A stretch of DNA of 64,000 nucleotides. It comes from Candidatus Spongiihabitans sp. Lineage in GTDB: Bacteria > Pseudomonadota > Gammaproteobacteria > Arenicellales > Poriferihabitantaceae. Within the stretch, counting starts at the first letter, position 1. Every line of letters begins with the position of its first letter. The notes beneath the pieces were generated by a model that saw only the letters and a program-made list of their open reading frames with translations, was not told where the DNA came from and did not search any database. Below, one piece after another: positions 46,701 to 54,000 of the stretch. The DNA is taken from the NCBI GenBank assembly GCA_965237725.1, contig OZ250151.1, forward strand, positions 2,755,086-2,819,085. The letters run 5' to 3'. The position numbers and the translations under genes are program-made.

Positions 46701-47155
46701 GAATTTCCTTGGGGGCTGTTCAGATTCTGTTTTTGATACCAACTTTCAACACCGCCATAAATCCCAGTGACGAACTTTTCTGTTCCCGGCACCACGGCGG
46801 CATTTTCTAATGCCTGCCATGCACATTCTAAAAATAACCGATGACCAGGATCTGTTCGTTCGGTTTCGTATGCCGCCATGTCAAAAAACGCCGAATCAAA
46901 TTCATCCACGTTATCCAGTAAAGGCTTGGTGCGAATGAAGTGTGGATCCGCGAGCTGCGAGCGGTCTATGCCCGCTATACGAAGCTCTTTCGCAGTTGGT
47001 CGTGATAAACAGTCTTTGCCGTTAATGATATTTTCCCAGAATTGCTCAAGGGAATTCGCCCCAGGCACTCTTAATGCCATACCAATTACGGCAATGGGTT
47101 CAGAGTCGAATTGGGACATCAGAATAGTTTTAGGTTGTTGTTCGGCAATACTCAC
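40718..47155 (-). CDS. Single-module type I polyketide synthase, domain order KS-AT-KR-DH-ER-ACP
   Basis: 2145 aa. Coordinates are minus-strand nt.
- KS aa 19-455 (nt 47101-45791): AACATS Cys198, EAHGTAT, KSNVGH.
- AT aa 550-845 (45508-44621): GHSIGE, SHGFHS (malonyl-type HAFH-like).
- KR aa 915-1345 (44413-43121): GTVLITGGVGYLGLE, FVNFSS ... AYSASN.
- DH aa 1380-1645 (43018-42221): DHPLL, LNHRVQNHALLPGT, FHPALIDRAVH.
- ER aa 1690-1995 (42088-41171): GLNFRDLL, LIHAASGGVGLAAIQ.
- ACP aa 2072-2140 (40942-40736): LGGDS, Ser2103. Confidence 0.9.
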   Translation of the reverse strand: MSIAEQQPKTILMSQFDSEPIAVIGMALRVPGANSLEQFWENIINGKDCLSRPTAKELRIAGIDRSQLADPHFIRTKPLLDNVDEFDSAFFDMAAYETERTDPGHRLFLECAWQALENAAVVPGTEKFVTGIYGGVESWYQKQNLNSPQGNSNSIGYRVENLGEILPDALGNVIDYFTTRVSYKLNLNGPSISVMAACATSLVAVHMATQALRRRECNLALAGGAGVEIPHIAGYMSTVDGMLSESGRICPFDSNADGTIFGSGGGVVVLRPLEDAIADGNNIYATIKGTATLNDGAPIYKESFIAPSTTGQKAVVRAALDDANVNAESIEYLEAHGTATRLGDPVEVASITEVYRNETEKVGYCAIGSVKSNVGHLRTAAGVVSLIKTCLAIKKRRLPPLTNFSRRNPLIDLDSSPFYIPTESLEWSNNSTPRRAAVSAFGFGGSNAHLILQEFSATQVSGSSRQDHLLVFSAATASSLDRRVSDLAWYIEVNPDECLSDIAHTLQCGRTEMAHRCCFITRQNDFKPLDLIHEMPLFSGVVDQNKSATIFLFPGQGAQFLGMGQNIYTHEKFYRDVVDYCAEHLHKLLGLDIRTLIHIDQTQPNNPESELLQQTANTQPALFVVEYAMAKLFMSWGIEPTAIIGHSIGEIVAACLANVFSLDDALVLVANRAKLMQQCDPGKMAAVFQSESELLNKLDFGVEIAAVNGPNACVVSGSTEQMAQFLEKLNSENVITHQLKTSHGFHSWMMEPAIPGFRSVVNSMELNRPEIPIISNTTGLPLTDDQATNADYWAEHIRRPVRLSDSIDYVRNNFESLFLELGPGTGLSDLVKQHDSDLSTTSILDTKSTPQKNNTNVALAALGKFWCSGANIHLDNFYSNSNCKKLTLPGYPFERLKYWAESGESKTRSRTELKLYETGWRKQEIENSESRIESQTWLVFRDEVGLGQKICDRLKADNNRVVELIPGQAFSEIEADVYRIRPTSKEDMKSVLLKLKAGRDNLTPRVLHLWSVTGTDGEHNSIEAFKNANTLGYHSIISLIKAALDLKICDDFDISIVVDGLRQMPGESTPLHAEKGGLLGPVKNIPNELSGTTIRCIEISGFSDLKDFDRLVGSIIIECESRTAQNVVLHRPGGRYVEEIYPLKEFAISEPRIRHRGTVLITGGVGYLGLEISKELYSISNCRLVLTSRWQPPPRDEWNSRAKESDKIGFALKAILTLESMGAEVLVVHTDVTNIDSLKSAIVIAENYFSKVNGVVHCAGESIISLAHMDTQQNVDQKLCAKVHTAFNLEKIFADYNLDIFVNFSSQASVLPSVGQCAYSASNNVLDILSHKRSRDRRSLSCAIGFGPLEELGMAVNAVNKNRNEIDRTDEIENFSDGIVEFDHPLLSKYQTDSNDQTIFTGIVADDNSWYLNHRVQNHALLPGTFILECVRGAYVELRGKNYGVELSNVGFLRPLFIDTCGTEIEIKFFNDNNVEYFEVRSRVLQADYWIVNSTGAVKTTSDKSKEFKPPLPMNLVEDSVWQKNGTLVSFGNRWECVEGIVVDGDQTWGKIILADEYISDLNEFEFHPALIDRAVHVPCWRFFTEGVLPYTMKSMRIFDAPGKEFYVYGNRRRSKDFDVYDIKFVNDKGKVLVEIDEYLLLSAQATDIVRSDCDQDNIDVAATNLLGNQFLKVYEPGELDSIGPENFEPKSPETGEVQIDVIASGLNFRDLLSALGQYPLMEGEQLSIGGECAGIVNAVGPGNTDLSPGDFVIAIGNNTISTSITTRFDLVSPMPSNIPFEDAAGLPTIFLTADYVINELAKLKRGERILIHAASGGVGLAAIQYAKNIGAEIFATAGSEEKRNYLKQLGIEHVSDSRSLDFVDDIRSWTNDEGVDVVLNSLAGEFIPASLELLRYKGRFLEIGKRDIYSNTELGLLPFQKCLTYHAFDLGQLVKNRDPAVQRMLNKLVQDIEFGVLKPAPTTVIPIDNAIDGFKRLARAAHIGKNVFKIQKHPDSWQEIFKAFNEKYGKGVPLKDGMALFRSLVSRNHLPSYVLATGLPIDQAHERMDMLDIGRGSRPELETAYREPTDPEEINLTQIWENVLGVTPIGADDDFFDLGGDSITAIQAQFAVTKKYNIDLPVTALFDFPSVCKMSQKIRESTTI

Positions 47156-47268
47156 GATGAACTGATACTTTTACTGATTTATTTAGTTTAGATTATAGAC
47201 CACACAAATTTATTGTTCGACAATTGTGGAGCTGTTAAAAATTTAATTTTGATTTTGTATAATATGCA

Positions 47269-47285
47269 AATCACACGATGTGATT
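47269..47285. promoter_or_regulatory. Perfect 7-3-7 palindrome AATCACA-CGA-TGTGATT in the PKS / ACP-TE divergent promoter region
   Basis: Read directly from the sequence. It lies 114 nt upstream of the PKS start codon in a 449-bp AT-rich intergenic region. Confidence 0.3.
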
Positions 47286-47604
47286 CGTCAATGTCAGAAT
47301 AATATGATAAAAAGTGTAAGTACGCAGAATCAATCTTATATCATTGTTGTTCATGTTCAGTGGGAATTCACAACTAAACTTGTGTTACAACTACAGGGCC
47401 TCTGAGCAAGTTTGGGCGAATCAAATTGCCACTTAAAATGGAGCTGGATAAAATGATCAAGATCAAGGCAAAAAATTATTGCAATAGCAGGGCCCATACA
47501 ATCACTTGGGCGAGGTTTTTTAACATAGATATTGATTATTTTTTGGGCCCAAGTTGATCGGTCTTAAATTGCTCAGAGGTTCCCTGGATTATTGGAATTG
47601 AAAT

Positions 47605-48777
47605 TTGAAAATTGAAGGTGTCGACAACGATTTAGATCCAATTTCGTTATCCAAAATAGAGTTACGGTTAACTGAAATTTGTTGTGAAATTCTTCAGCTG
47701 GAGGCTATGGATGTTAATGACGACCTATTTGATCTCGGTTGTGATTCGGTAAAAGCGATGCAACTTTGCACAATACTTGAAATGGAATTTCAGTACGCTG
47801 GCCGGATAAGTTCGCTTCTGCAATTTTCGACCGTTCGGTTGCTTGCCAAAGAATGCCATACATCGAGTCCCCGTCAATCAACCAATAATTCCTGTACATT
47901 GGTTGATATCCAGGCGTCTGGCAAACTGCCTCCGATAATTGTTATGTATTCGGTAGGGGGTGAGGTTTACTATAGTTTGCCGCTGTTAAATTATCTTGGT
48001 CCTAACCAGCCGGCATATGGCCTTGAGCCGCCTTATGCTTTAGAGCCCCCAGGACCATTGATTGAGCAGATTTCAGGGTATGCAGATAAGTTATGTGAAC
48101 GGTTTCCCAATGGACCGTATTGTCTAATAGGTTATTCGTTTGGTGGCAATATCGCATACGAACTAGCTCAGGAACTTCACAACCGTGGTAAGAAAGTTGA
48201 TCTTGTGGCAATGCTTGATAGTCATGCAGTTGGACAGTCTCAATCTATTCTTGAACGCGCCAAATCGCTTTTGGGGTTTATCGTGAATTTTCCACGTTGG
48301 ATTTTACAAAACTTAGATCCTCGAGATATGCCAGAATTTATTGGTCGATTAAAAAGGAAATGTGCAGCTATCACTAACAGAATTTTAGTAAGTTTGGGTT
48401 ATGCTATTGAAACCTATACTTTCGAATGGGAGGATGTCCCAGAGATGGGAAAAATTTCAGACGATATGGCTACCCATTATTACCATATCCATCGAAGCGT
48501 TTATGAATTTTTTGGCACCCACCAGTCAAAGCCATATAATGGCGATGTCATGATTTTCCGTGCCAAGGTAAGACCCTTGTTCCACGGTTTTAGCAAACAC
48601 CTTGGTTGGAAACAACTTATAAAAGGCAAGCTTACTATCATAGATATCCCTGGAACCCATGGTCATTTGATACGCAAGCCTAATGTTGAAATTGTTGCCA
48701 ATCATCTTGGTGAGGTGCTTCAAAGGATTGAGGACCAATATAAGGCCCAACCAGATTATAGCGCGTCTTTGAATTAG
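47605..48777 (+). CDS. Stand-alone carrier protein fused to a thioesterase (ACP-TE didomain)
   Basis: 390 aa with a TTG start. The carrier motif is DLFDLGCDSVKAMQL (Ser48). The alpha/beta hydrolase part has GYSFGGNIAYE and GTHGHL. Confidence 0.8.
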   Translation: MKIEGVDNDLDPISLSKIELRLTEICCEILQLEAMDVNDDLFDLGCDSVKAMQLCTILEMEFQYAGRISSLLQFSTVRLLAKECHTSSPRQSTNNSCTLVDIQASGKLPPIIVMYSVGGEVYYSLPLLNYLGPNQPAYGLEPPYALEPPGPLIEQISGYADKLCERFPNGPYCLIGYSFGGNIAYELAQELHNRGKKVDLVAMLDSHAVGQSQSILERAKSLLGFIVNFPRWILQNLDPRDMPEFIGRLKRKCAAITNRILVSLGYAIETYTFEWEDVPEMGKISDDMATHYYHIHRSVYEFFGTHQSKPYNGDVMIFRAKVRPLFHGFSKHLGWKQLIKGKLTIIDIPGTHGHLIRKPNVEIVANHLGEVLQRIEDQYKAQPDYSASLN

Positions 48778-48797
48778 CTCGGGATGGTTGATATAAA

Positions 48798-49547
48798 TTG
48801 TTGAAGCAGTGGCATGAATACAAAGCGCCAATTGCGTTATCCGGCGACCGTGTTGATATATGGTGTATTTGGTTTGAAGACGGTAGCGAATCGATTTTAG
48901 ACTATTTAGATATTCTTAGCAGTGAAGAACGAAAGCGTGCGAAACGGTTTCATCGAAAAGTAGATTTCCACAGATTTGTTGTGGCCAGATACGTTTTACG
49001 TACACTACTTGGTGGAATTGTGGGAGCCCAACCGTCGTCTCTGGAATTCAGCACAAATAAATATGGCAAACCAAAGTTGTTGCCCAAGCTGTCTCTTAAT
49101 CAAAATTCTGAATCGATAAATTTCAATCTATCCCATGCAGGTGAATATGGATTAGTTGCAATTTCAACTGCAAAAAAAATTGGTATCGATATTGAGCGAA
49201 TCAGAGAAATTGATAATATTGAAGAACTGGCAAAACGATCATTTTCCAATGATGAGTATTTGCAATTTATTACCCAGCCAGAGTTTGATCGGTTAAATAC
49301 ATTTTTTCGATGCTGGACCCGAAAAGAAGCATTCATAAAGGCTATCGGTAAAGGCCTAAACCAGCCTCTGGATTCTTTCTCGGTATCAAGTTCCCCAGAT
49401 CAAGAAGTTAAATTTTTATCACTGCCTCCAGGATATCAACTAAAAAATTGGGCTCTATACGATATTGGCATTAACCAACATTACCGTGCAGCTTTAGCGA
49501 TAGATCGAGCTATAACGACCGTAGCGTGCTGGCAGTGGCAACAATAA
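48798..49547 (+). CDS. Sfp-type 4'-phosphopantetheinyl transferase
   Basis: 249 aa with a TTG start. Motifs are FNLSHAGEYGLVAIS, IGIDIERI and WTRKEAFIKAIGKGL. Confidence 0.85.
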   Translation: MLKQWHEYKAPIALSGDRVDIWCIWFEDGSESILDYLDILSSEERKRAKRFHRKVDFHRFVVARYVLRTLLGGIVGAQPSSLEFSTNKYGKPKLLPKLSLNQNSESINFNLSHAGEYGLVAISTAKKIGIDIERIREIDNIEELAKRSFSNDEYLQFITQPEFDRLNTFFRCWTRKEAFIKAIGKGLNQPLDSFSVSSSPDQEVKFLSLPPGYQLKNWALYDIGINQHYRAALAIDRAITTVACWQWQQ

Positions 49548-49566
49548 TGATTACTACAGTTCGAAT

Positions 49567-50589
49567 TCATCCCACCGCAAGATAATCCATTTCAGCATTG
49601 TAACCAAATTCAATAAGTATCTGCTCAATTTCTTCCCTCGCGCCATGGTTGGTAACGTAAATCAGTACAAACGGTTTTTTGACTTGATGCTTTAACCAAT
49701 CGGGAGCAAATACTTCAATGCCATTAAGTTTGTTGCCAATCTTTTTGGGGTCAATGTCAATCCAGGCTCGTGGTGTAAACCCTTTTTCTATCAATAGCTG
49801 GCAACGCTTTCGGGTTTTTCTGCCAGCACCCCAATAAACAATTTTACGATCTTGATTGAGTTGGGAATCTTGGGCCATGTATTCTGCCCTGACCCTATCA
49901 AATGCTTGTCGACTATAAGCAGGATGAGTTCGTGACAAACGATTTGGACTATCTCGCCAACGCAATAGAACTTCCGGAAGTTTAACCATGGCGCATCCAT
50001 CAGCGTGCATCCGCAGCCAGAGTTCATAATCTTCGGGGAAGTCGCCTCTGCGATATCCCCCTAATTGTTCAATGGTTGATTTTCTAAACATCACGCTGGG
50101 GTGGGCAAATGGAGATTCAACATAAATCTGTTGGCGAATTTGCTCCGGGGTCAACACGCTATTCTGCCAGCGCATGTATTCTGTGTACCCGCTGAGCATA
50201 GGCGCTTCGGAGAACATTTCAACCTGACTGGAGATTAGATCCATGTCCGGAAACTCTAGCGATGCTTGCATAAGTTTTTCCATGCGCTGGGGATGCATAA
50301 TATCGTCGCCATCCATTCGAACGATCCATGTGGATTGCGCATTTTCAATACCAAAATTCAGCGCATCAACCAGACCTTCACCTGGATTGTTGAATAGTCG
50401 AAAACGCGGATCGTCATAACTGTTTAGTATTTCGCTTGAGCGATCATTACTATGATCGTCTACCGCAATGAGATTGAATTCCGGAAATGTCTGATCTTGA
50501 ATCGAATCCAGAGTTTCCGAAAATGTATTTTCTGCATTTCGAAAGGGCAGAAGAATGGATAATTTAGTTGTAGATTCGTTCAAACGCAT
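49567..50589 (-). CDS. Family 2 glycosyltransferase with an extra C-terminal domain of about 100 aa
   Basis: 340 aa with LSILLPFRNAENTFSETLDSIQDQTFPEFNLIAVDDHSND and the DxD motif in RMDGDDIM. The C-terminal segment KIVYWGAGRKTRKRCQLL is Rossmann-like. Confidence 0.8.
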   Translation of the reverse strand: MRLNESTTKLSILLPFRNAENTFSETLDSIQDQTFPEFNLIAVDDHSNDRSSEILNSYDDPRFRLFNNPGEGLVDALNFGIENAQSTWIVRMDGDDIMHPQRMEKLMQASLEFPDMDLISSQVEMFSEAPMLSGYTEYMRWQNSVLTPEQIRQQIYVESPFAHPSVMFRKSTIEQLGGYRRGDFPEDYELWLRMHADGCAMVKLPEVLLRWRDSPNRLSRTHPAYSRQAFDRVRAEYMAQDSQLNQDRKIVYWGAGRKTRKRCQLLIEKGFTPRAWIDIDPKKIGNKLNGIEVFAPDWLKHQVKKPFVLIYVTNHGAREEIEQILIEFGYNAEMDYLAVG

Positions 50590-51004
50590 CCACGCTGAAT
50601 CCGTTTAGCCTTTTGCTGCCAACCAAAATTACCGGCACACCTCGACCGCCCAATTTATCGTATTCCCGCCTCGCTTTATCTGAGTTTTCGATGTCGTATT
50701 CTTTGTAAGGAATGCCTTTGCTGGCGAAATATTCTTTGGCCTTCTTACAATAGGGACACCAACTGGTCCCATACATTATGACCGTATTTATTGACGAATC
50801 AGAATTTGAATAATTAGACTCGATAGAGGTGCTTTCGTAGCTGTTGATTTTGATTTCTACTTCAGAAAAAGCTTCGGTTTCCGGTGGCGTATCGCTGAAA
50901 TGGGTGACCCCGTTTTCATCTGTCCATTTATATACGTCATTAGCAGAAATGGGGTAATTCAGACATAAAATTATTGACATGGCTATGAATGCCTGGGCTT
51001 TCAT
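50564..51004 (-). CDS. Secreted DUF4124-like domain fused to a glutaredoxin/NrdH-like domain
   Basis: 146 aa. A signal-like N-terminus (MKAQAFIAMSIILCLNYPISA) is followed by VYKWTDENGVTHFSDTPP (DUF4124 signature). The thioredoxin-fold part has MYGTSWCPYCKKAKEYF ... GVPVILVG. The ATG overlaps the upstream stop (ATGA at 51001-51004). Confidence 0.75.
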   Translation of the reverse strand: MKAQAFIAMSIILCLNYPISANDVYKWTDENGVTHFSDTPPETEAFSEVEIKINSYESTSIESNYSNSDSSINTVIMYGTSWCPYCKKAKEYFASKGIPYKEYDIENSDKARREYDKLGGRGVPVILVGSKRLNGFSVDAFERIYN

Positions 51005-54000
51005 GATTGCTCAGTAAATCCCATTGCGGATAAGTTAGATTTAAAGCTATCGCGAATTTCTTTGTTGTAACTGTATGTGCGAATTAGCCCGGAAACGCCA
51101 AATTCAGCGTCCATGCTTTTAATTTCACTGGCGACTCGTTTTGCAGCCGCATTATCACCTGATGCAACCAGGGCATCGACCAGATAAAACCGACATAACG
51201 GTGATTCGGGCTCAACATCGACGGCAGAATTTAGTATCTCAATGGCTTTTGTAATATTCCCGGTTTGTTTGTAAGCATGAGCGCCAGGGAGTAGATACCA
51301 GTTTGGGTAAACCGGACACAGTTGGATAGATTGTTCGAAATGAGAGAAGGATTTTTGGTATTCCCCGGCATAGACATAGGTCATCGCCATCAATGCCTGG
51401 ACCTCGGAATTTCCAGGCGACAATGCAATGGCATTTTCACAAAACTCGATAGCCAGTATGGGTTCACCAGACCTAACATAGGCACAGCCTTTCAAGGATA
51501 AGGCATCCGGGTGTTGTGGATCAATTTCAAGTGCTTTGTCAGCGGCTTCGTGGCATAGACTCAGAGATTCTTCCATTGACTCTCCCCAGCCTGTGTAAGC
51601 TTCCTGCCAGTGGACCCAGCCTTTTATAATCCAGGCCGTAGCATAATCAGGATCAAGCGCCAGCGCTTTTAAGGCCAGGCGTTGCGCTTCCAGGACGTTT
51701 TTACGAATATAACTATCCTGTAACTCAGCCGCTATTGCACATGATTCCCAGGCTTTTATATTGTTTGTCCCCCGCGCCCAGTCCAGGGCAGACAGGCCAT
51801 CGGCAAGTTGAACTCGCATGGCGATGGTTATGTTATTGGTGATTTCATCCTGGACTGCAAAAATATCGTCAAGCTTTCGATCGTATTGTTCAACCCAGCA
51901 ATTATCTCCTGTACGAGAATCGATTAACTGAACGTTAACCCTGATTTTCTTACCGCTTTTTCGTATGCTGCCATCGAGGATGTATCGTACGTTTTGTTCA
52001 TCGGCTATCTGACGAATAGGAGCTTTTCTGTCTTTATAGACGGATGTGGAATAACTCGATACCACACGAATTTGCCGAAAGCGTGACAATATGGTCACCA
52101 GGTCGTTGGCAATGCCATTGCTGAAGTGCGCCTGTTCGGGATCGCCGCTCATATTCTCGAAAGGCAGCACGGCGATGGAAGGTAAGGCATCCGGCGCATT
52201 ATCATTGGAACCTCGCTGTTCGCTAAATCCCATCAATTCCAGATTGTTGTGAAATCGTTGCCGCTCTTCTTCATCCTGACTGTGGAACAGGATGACGCCA
52301 CTGATATTCATCGAATGTTCCAGCGATCGTATTTCATCAGCAATCTGTTTTGCTTTGTCCGGTTTGCCCGCTACCAAATAGGCGTCTATCAAGTAAAATC
52401 GGGTCAGCGGCGATTCGGGTTCATCAGCGATGCTTTTCAGAAACAGGGCAATGGCATCTTCCAGCTTACCCAGATCCTGGTAAATATTGCCGCCTACAAG
52501 GGATAACCAGCTCGGGGAAATGGGGCTCAGGCGAACCGCGGTTTTGTAATAATCCAGGGCCTCTTTGGGTCTCCCGGCATATGAATGAACATAAGCGCAT
52601 AGACCAAGGGCCTCAGAGTTGCCTGGAGAGATTTCTACCGCCCGACGGGCAATTGTAATGGAAATTTCAGGGTCTCCCTTTCGCATCATCACAATAAATG
52701 ATTGCAATATCAATGTGCTGGTGTTGTCGGGATCTAAAGTTATAGATTTTTCAGCAGCTGTTTCGGCTGCTTCGAGCAAGGGTTCCATGGCATTCATGTG
52801 AGAAATATAAGCTTCCTGCCAGTTGATCCATCCCAGGATCGACCAGGCAAGGCCATACTCCGGGTCATATTCAATAGCAATATGGATTAATCGACGAGCC
52901 TCAACGATATTGTCCCTGATATAGGTGTCACTAAGGTCACCCGCCCGAACAGTGTATTCCCAGGCCTTAAGACTTTTGGTTTTTATAGCCTTCTCTCTGG
53001 CTTTATCGCCGTCGGCCAGCTGAATCCGCATGGCGGTGGCGATACTCAGGGTGATTTCGTCCTGCACCGCAAAAATATCATCGAGCTTGCGGTCATAGGT
53101 TTCCGACCAACACATTTCCTCGGTTGTGGAATCAATTAGTTCGGTATTGACACGAACTTTTTTTCCGCTCTTGCGTATCCGACCTTCCAGTATATATCGG
53201 GTGTTCTGTTCGGCGGCAATCTCGGCGATGGTTGCCTTTCGTTCCTTATAGGCATAAGTGGAATGCAGTGCAACTACACGCATATTGCGAAAATGGGATA
53301 ACGTCGAAATAATATCGCTGGTAATACCATCGCTGAAAAATTCCTGTTCTGGATCACCACTCAGATTTTCGAAAGGCAGCACAGCAATGGAAGGAAGTTC
53401 GTCTGAGTTTACTTCAAGATAATCACACAACCCTGCTTTCAATATCAAATCAAAGAACTTTTCAAAATCCTCATCGTATTTATAAGTTAGAAAATCATAA
53501 AAGAACGAACGCCATTGCGCCACAGAATCAGGATACGCGGGCATTTTCTGCCTCGCTAGAACCTGATATTTAGACATTTCAATTTTGGCTTGCTGGGTGT
53601 CACCCATAGCGGCAAGACAAACTGCAATTTGAGCCAAACAACTATCCGGCATGTGTGGCAGTGAACGGAATACTTGAATTGCTTTTTCAAATTTGCCAAG
53701 GTCCCGATAAACTTCACCCACAATCCACCCCGCATAGGCATGTTGAGGGTCAAGTTTTAAGCATTTATCCGCGTAGTCAAGGGCGCTATCGAACTGTCGT
53801 GCAGATGCTAGTCCCCAGGCCTTCATGGCATAACCGTCAGGAAGAGTGGGATTAAGTTCGATCGCTTTATCTGCGTGAAAATCACCACGATCAAATTCTC
53901 TAGCAAAATACAAATATTCACTCATAAAACCATGTACAAAGGCATTTTCTGGGTCGAGCTCCAGGGCACGCTCGATATGGTATTTCCCCTTGGGTAATAT

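Noticed and set aside
40718-47155. Interpretation of the synthase as a PUFA (Pfa) synthase subunit because KR precedes DH
   Set aside because: It has no tandem ACP array, no FabA-type DH pair, and no PfaB/C/D partners in the window. It carries a cis MDR-type ER. A stand-alone fully reducing type I PKS/FAS-like module fits better.
47269-47285. Possible cAMP-CRP binding site, because TCACA and TGTGA pentamers are present and a cyclase is in the locus
   Set aside because: The canonical site is TGTGA-N6-TCACA. Here the half-sites are everted (TCACA-N3-TGTGA) with the wrong spacing. I kept it only as an unassigned palindrome.
47439-47519. 26-codon ORF (MELDKMIKIKAKNYCNSRAHTITWARFF) in the PKS/ACP-TE intergenic region as a possible leader or precursor peptide
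   Set aside because: There is no convincing ribosome-binding site. The sequence is AT-rich, where short ORFs arise by chance, and nothing supports conservation. It is not reportable as a gene.
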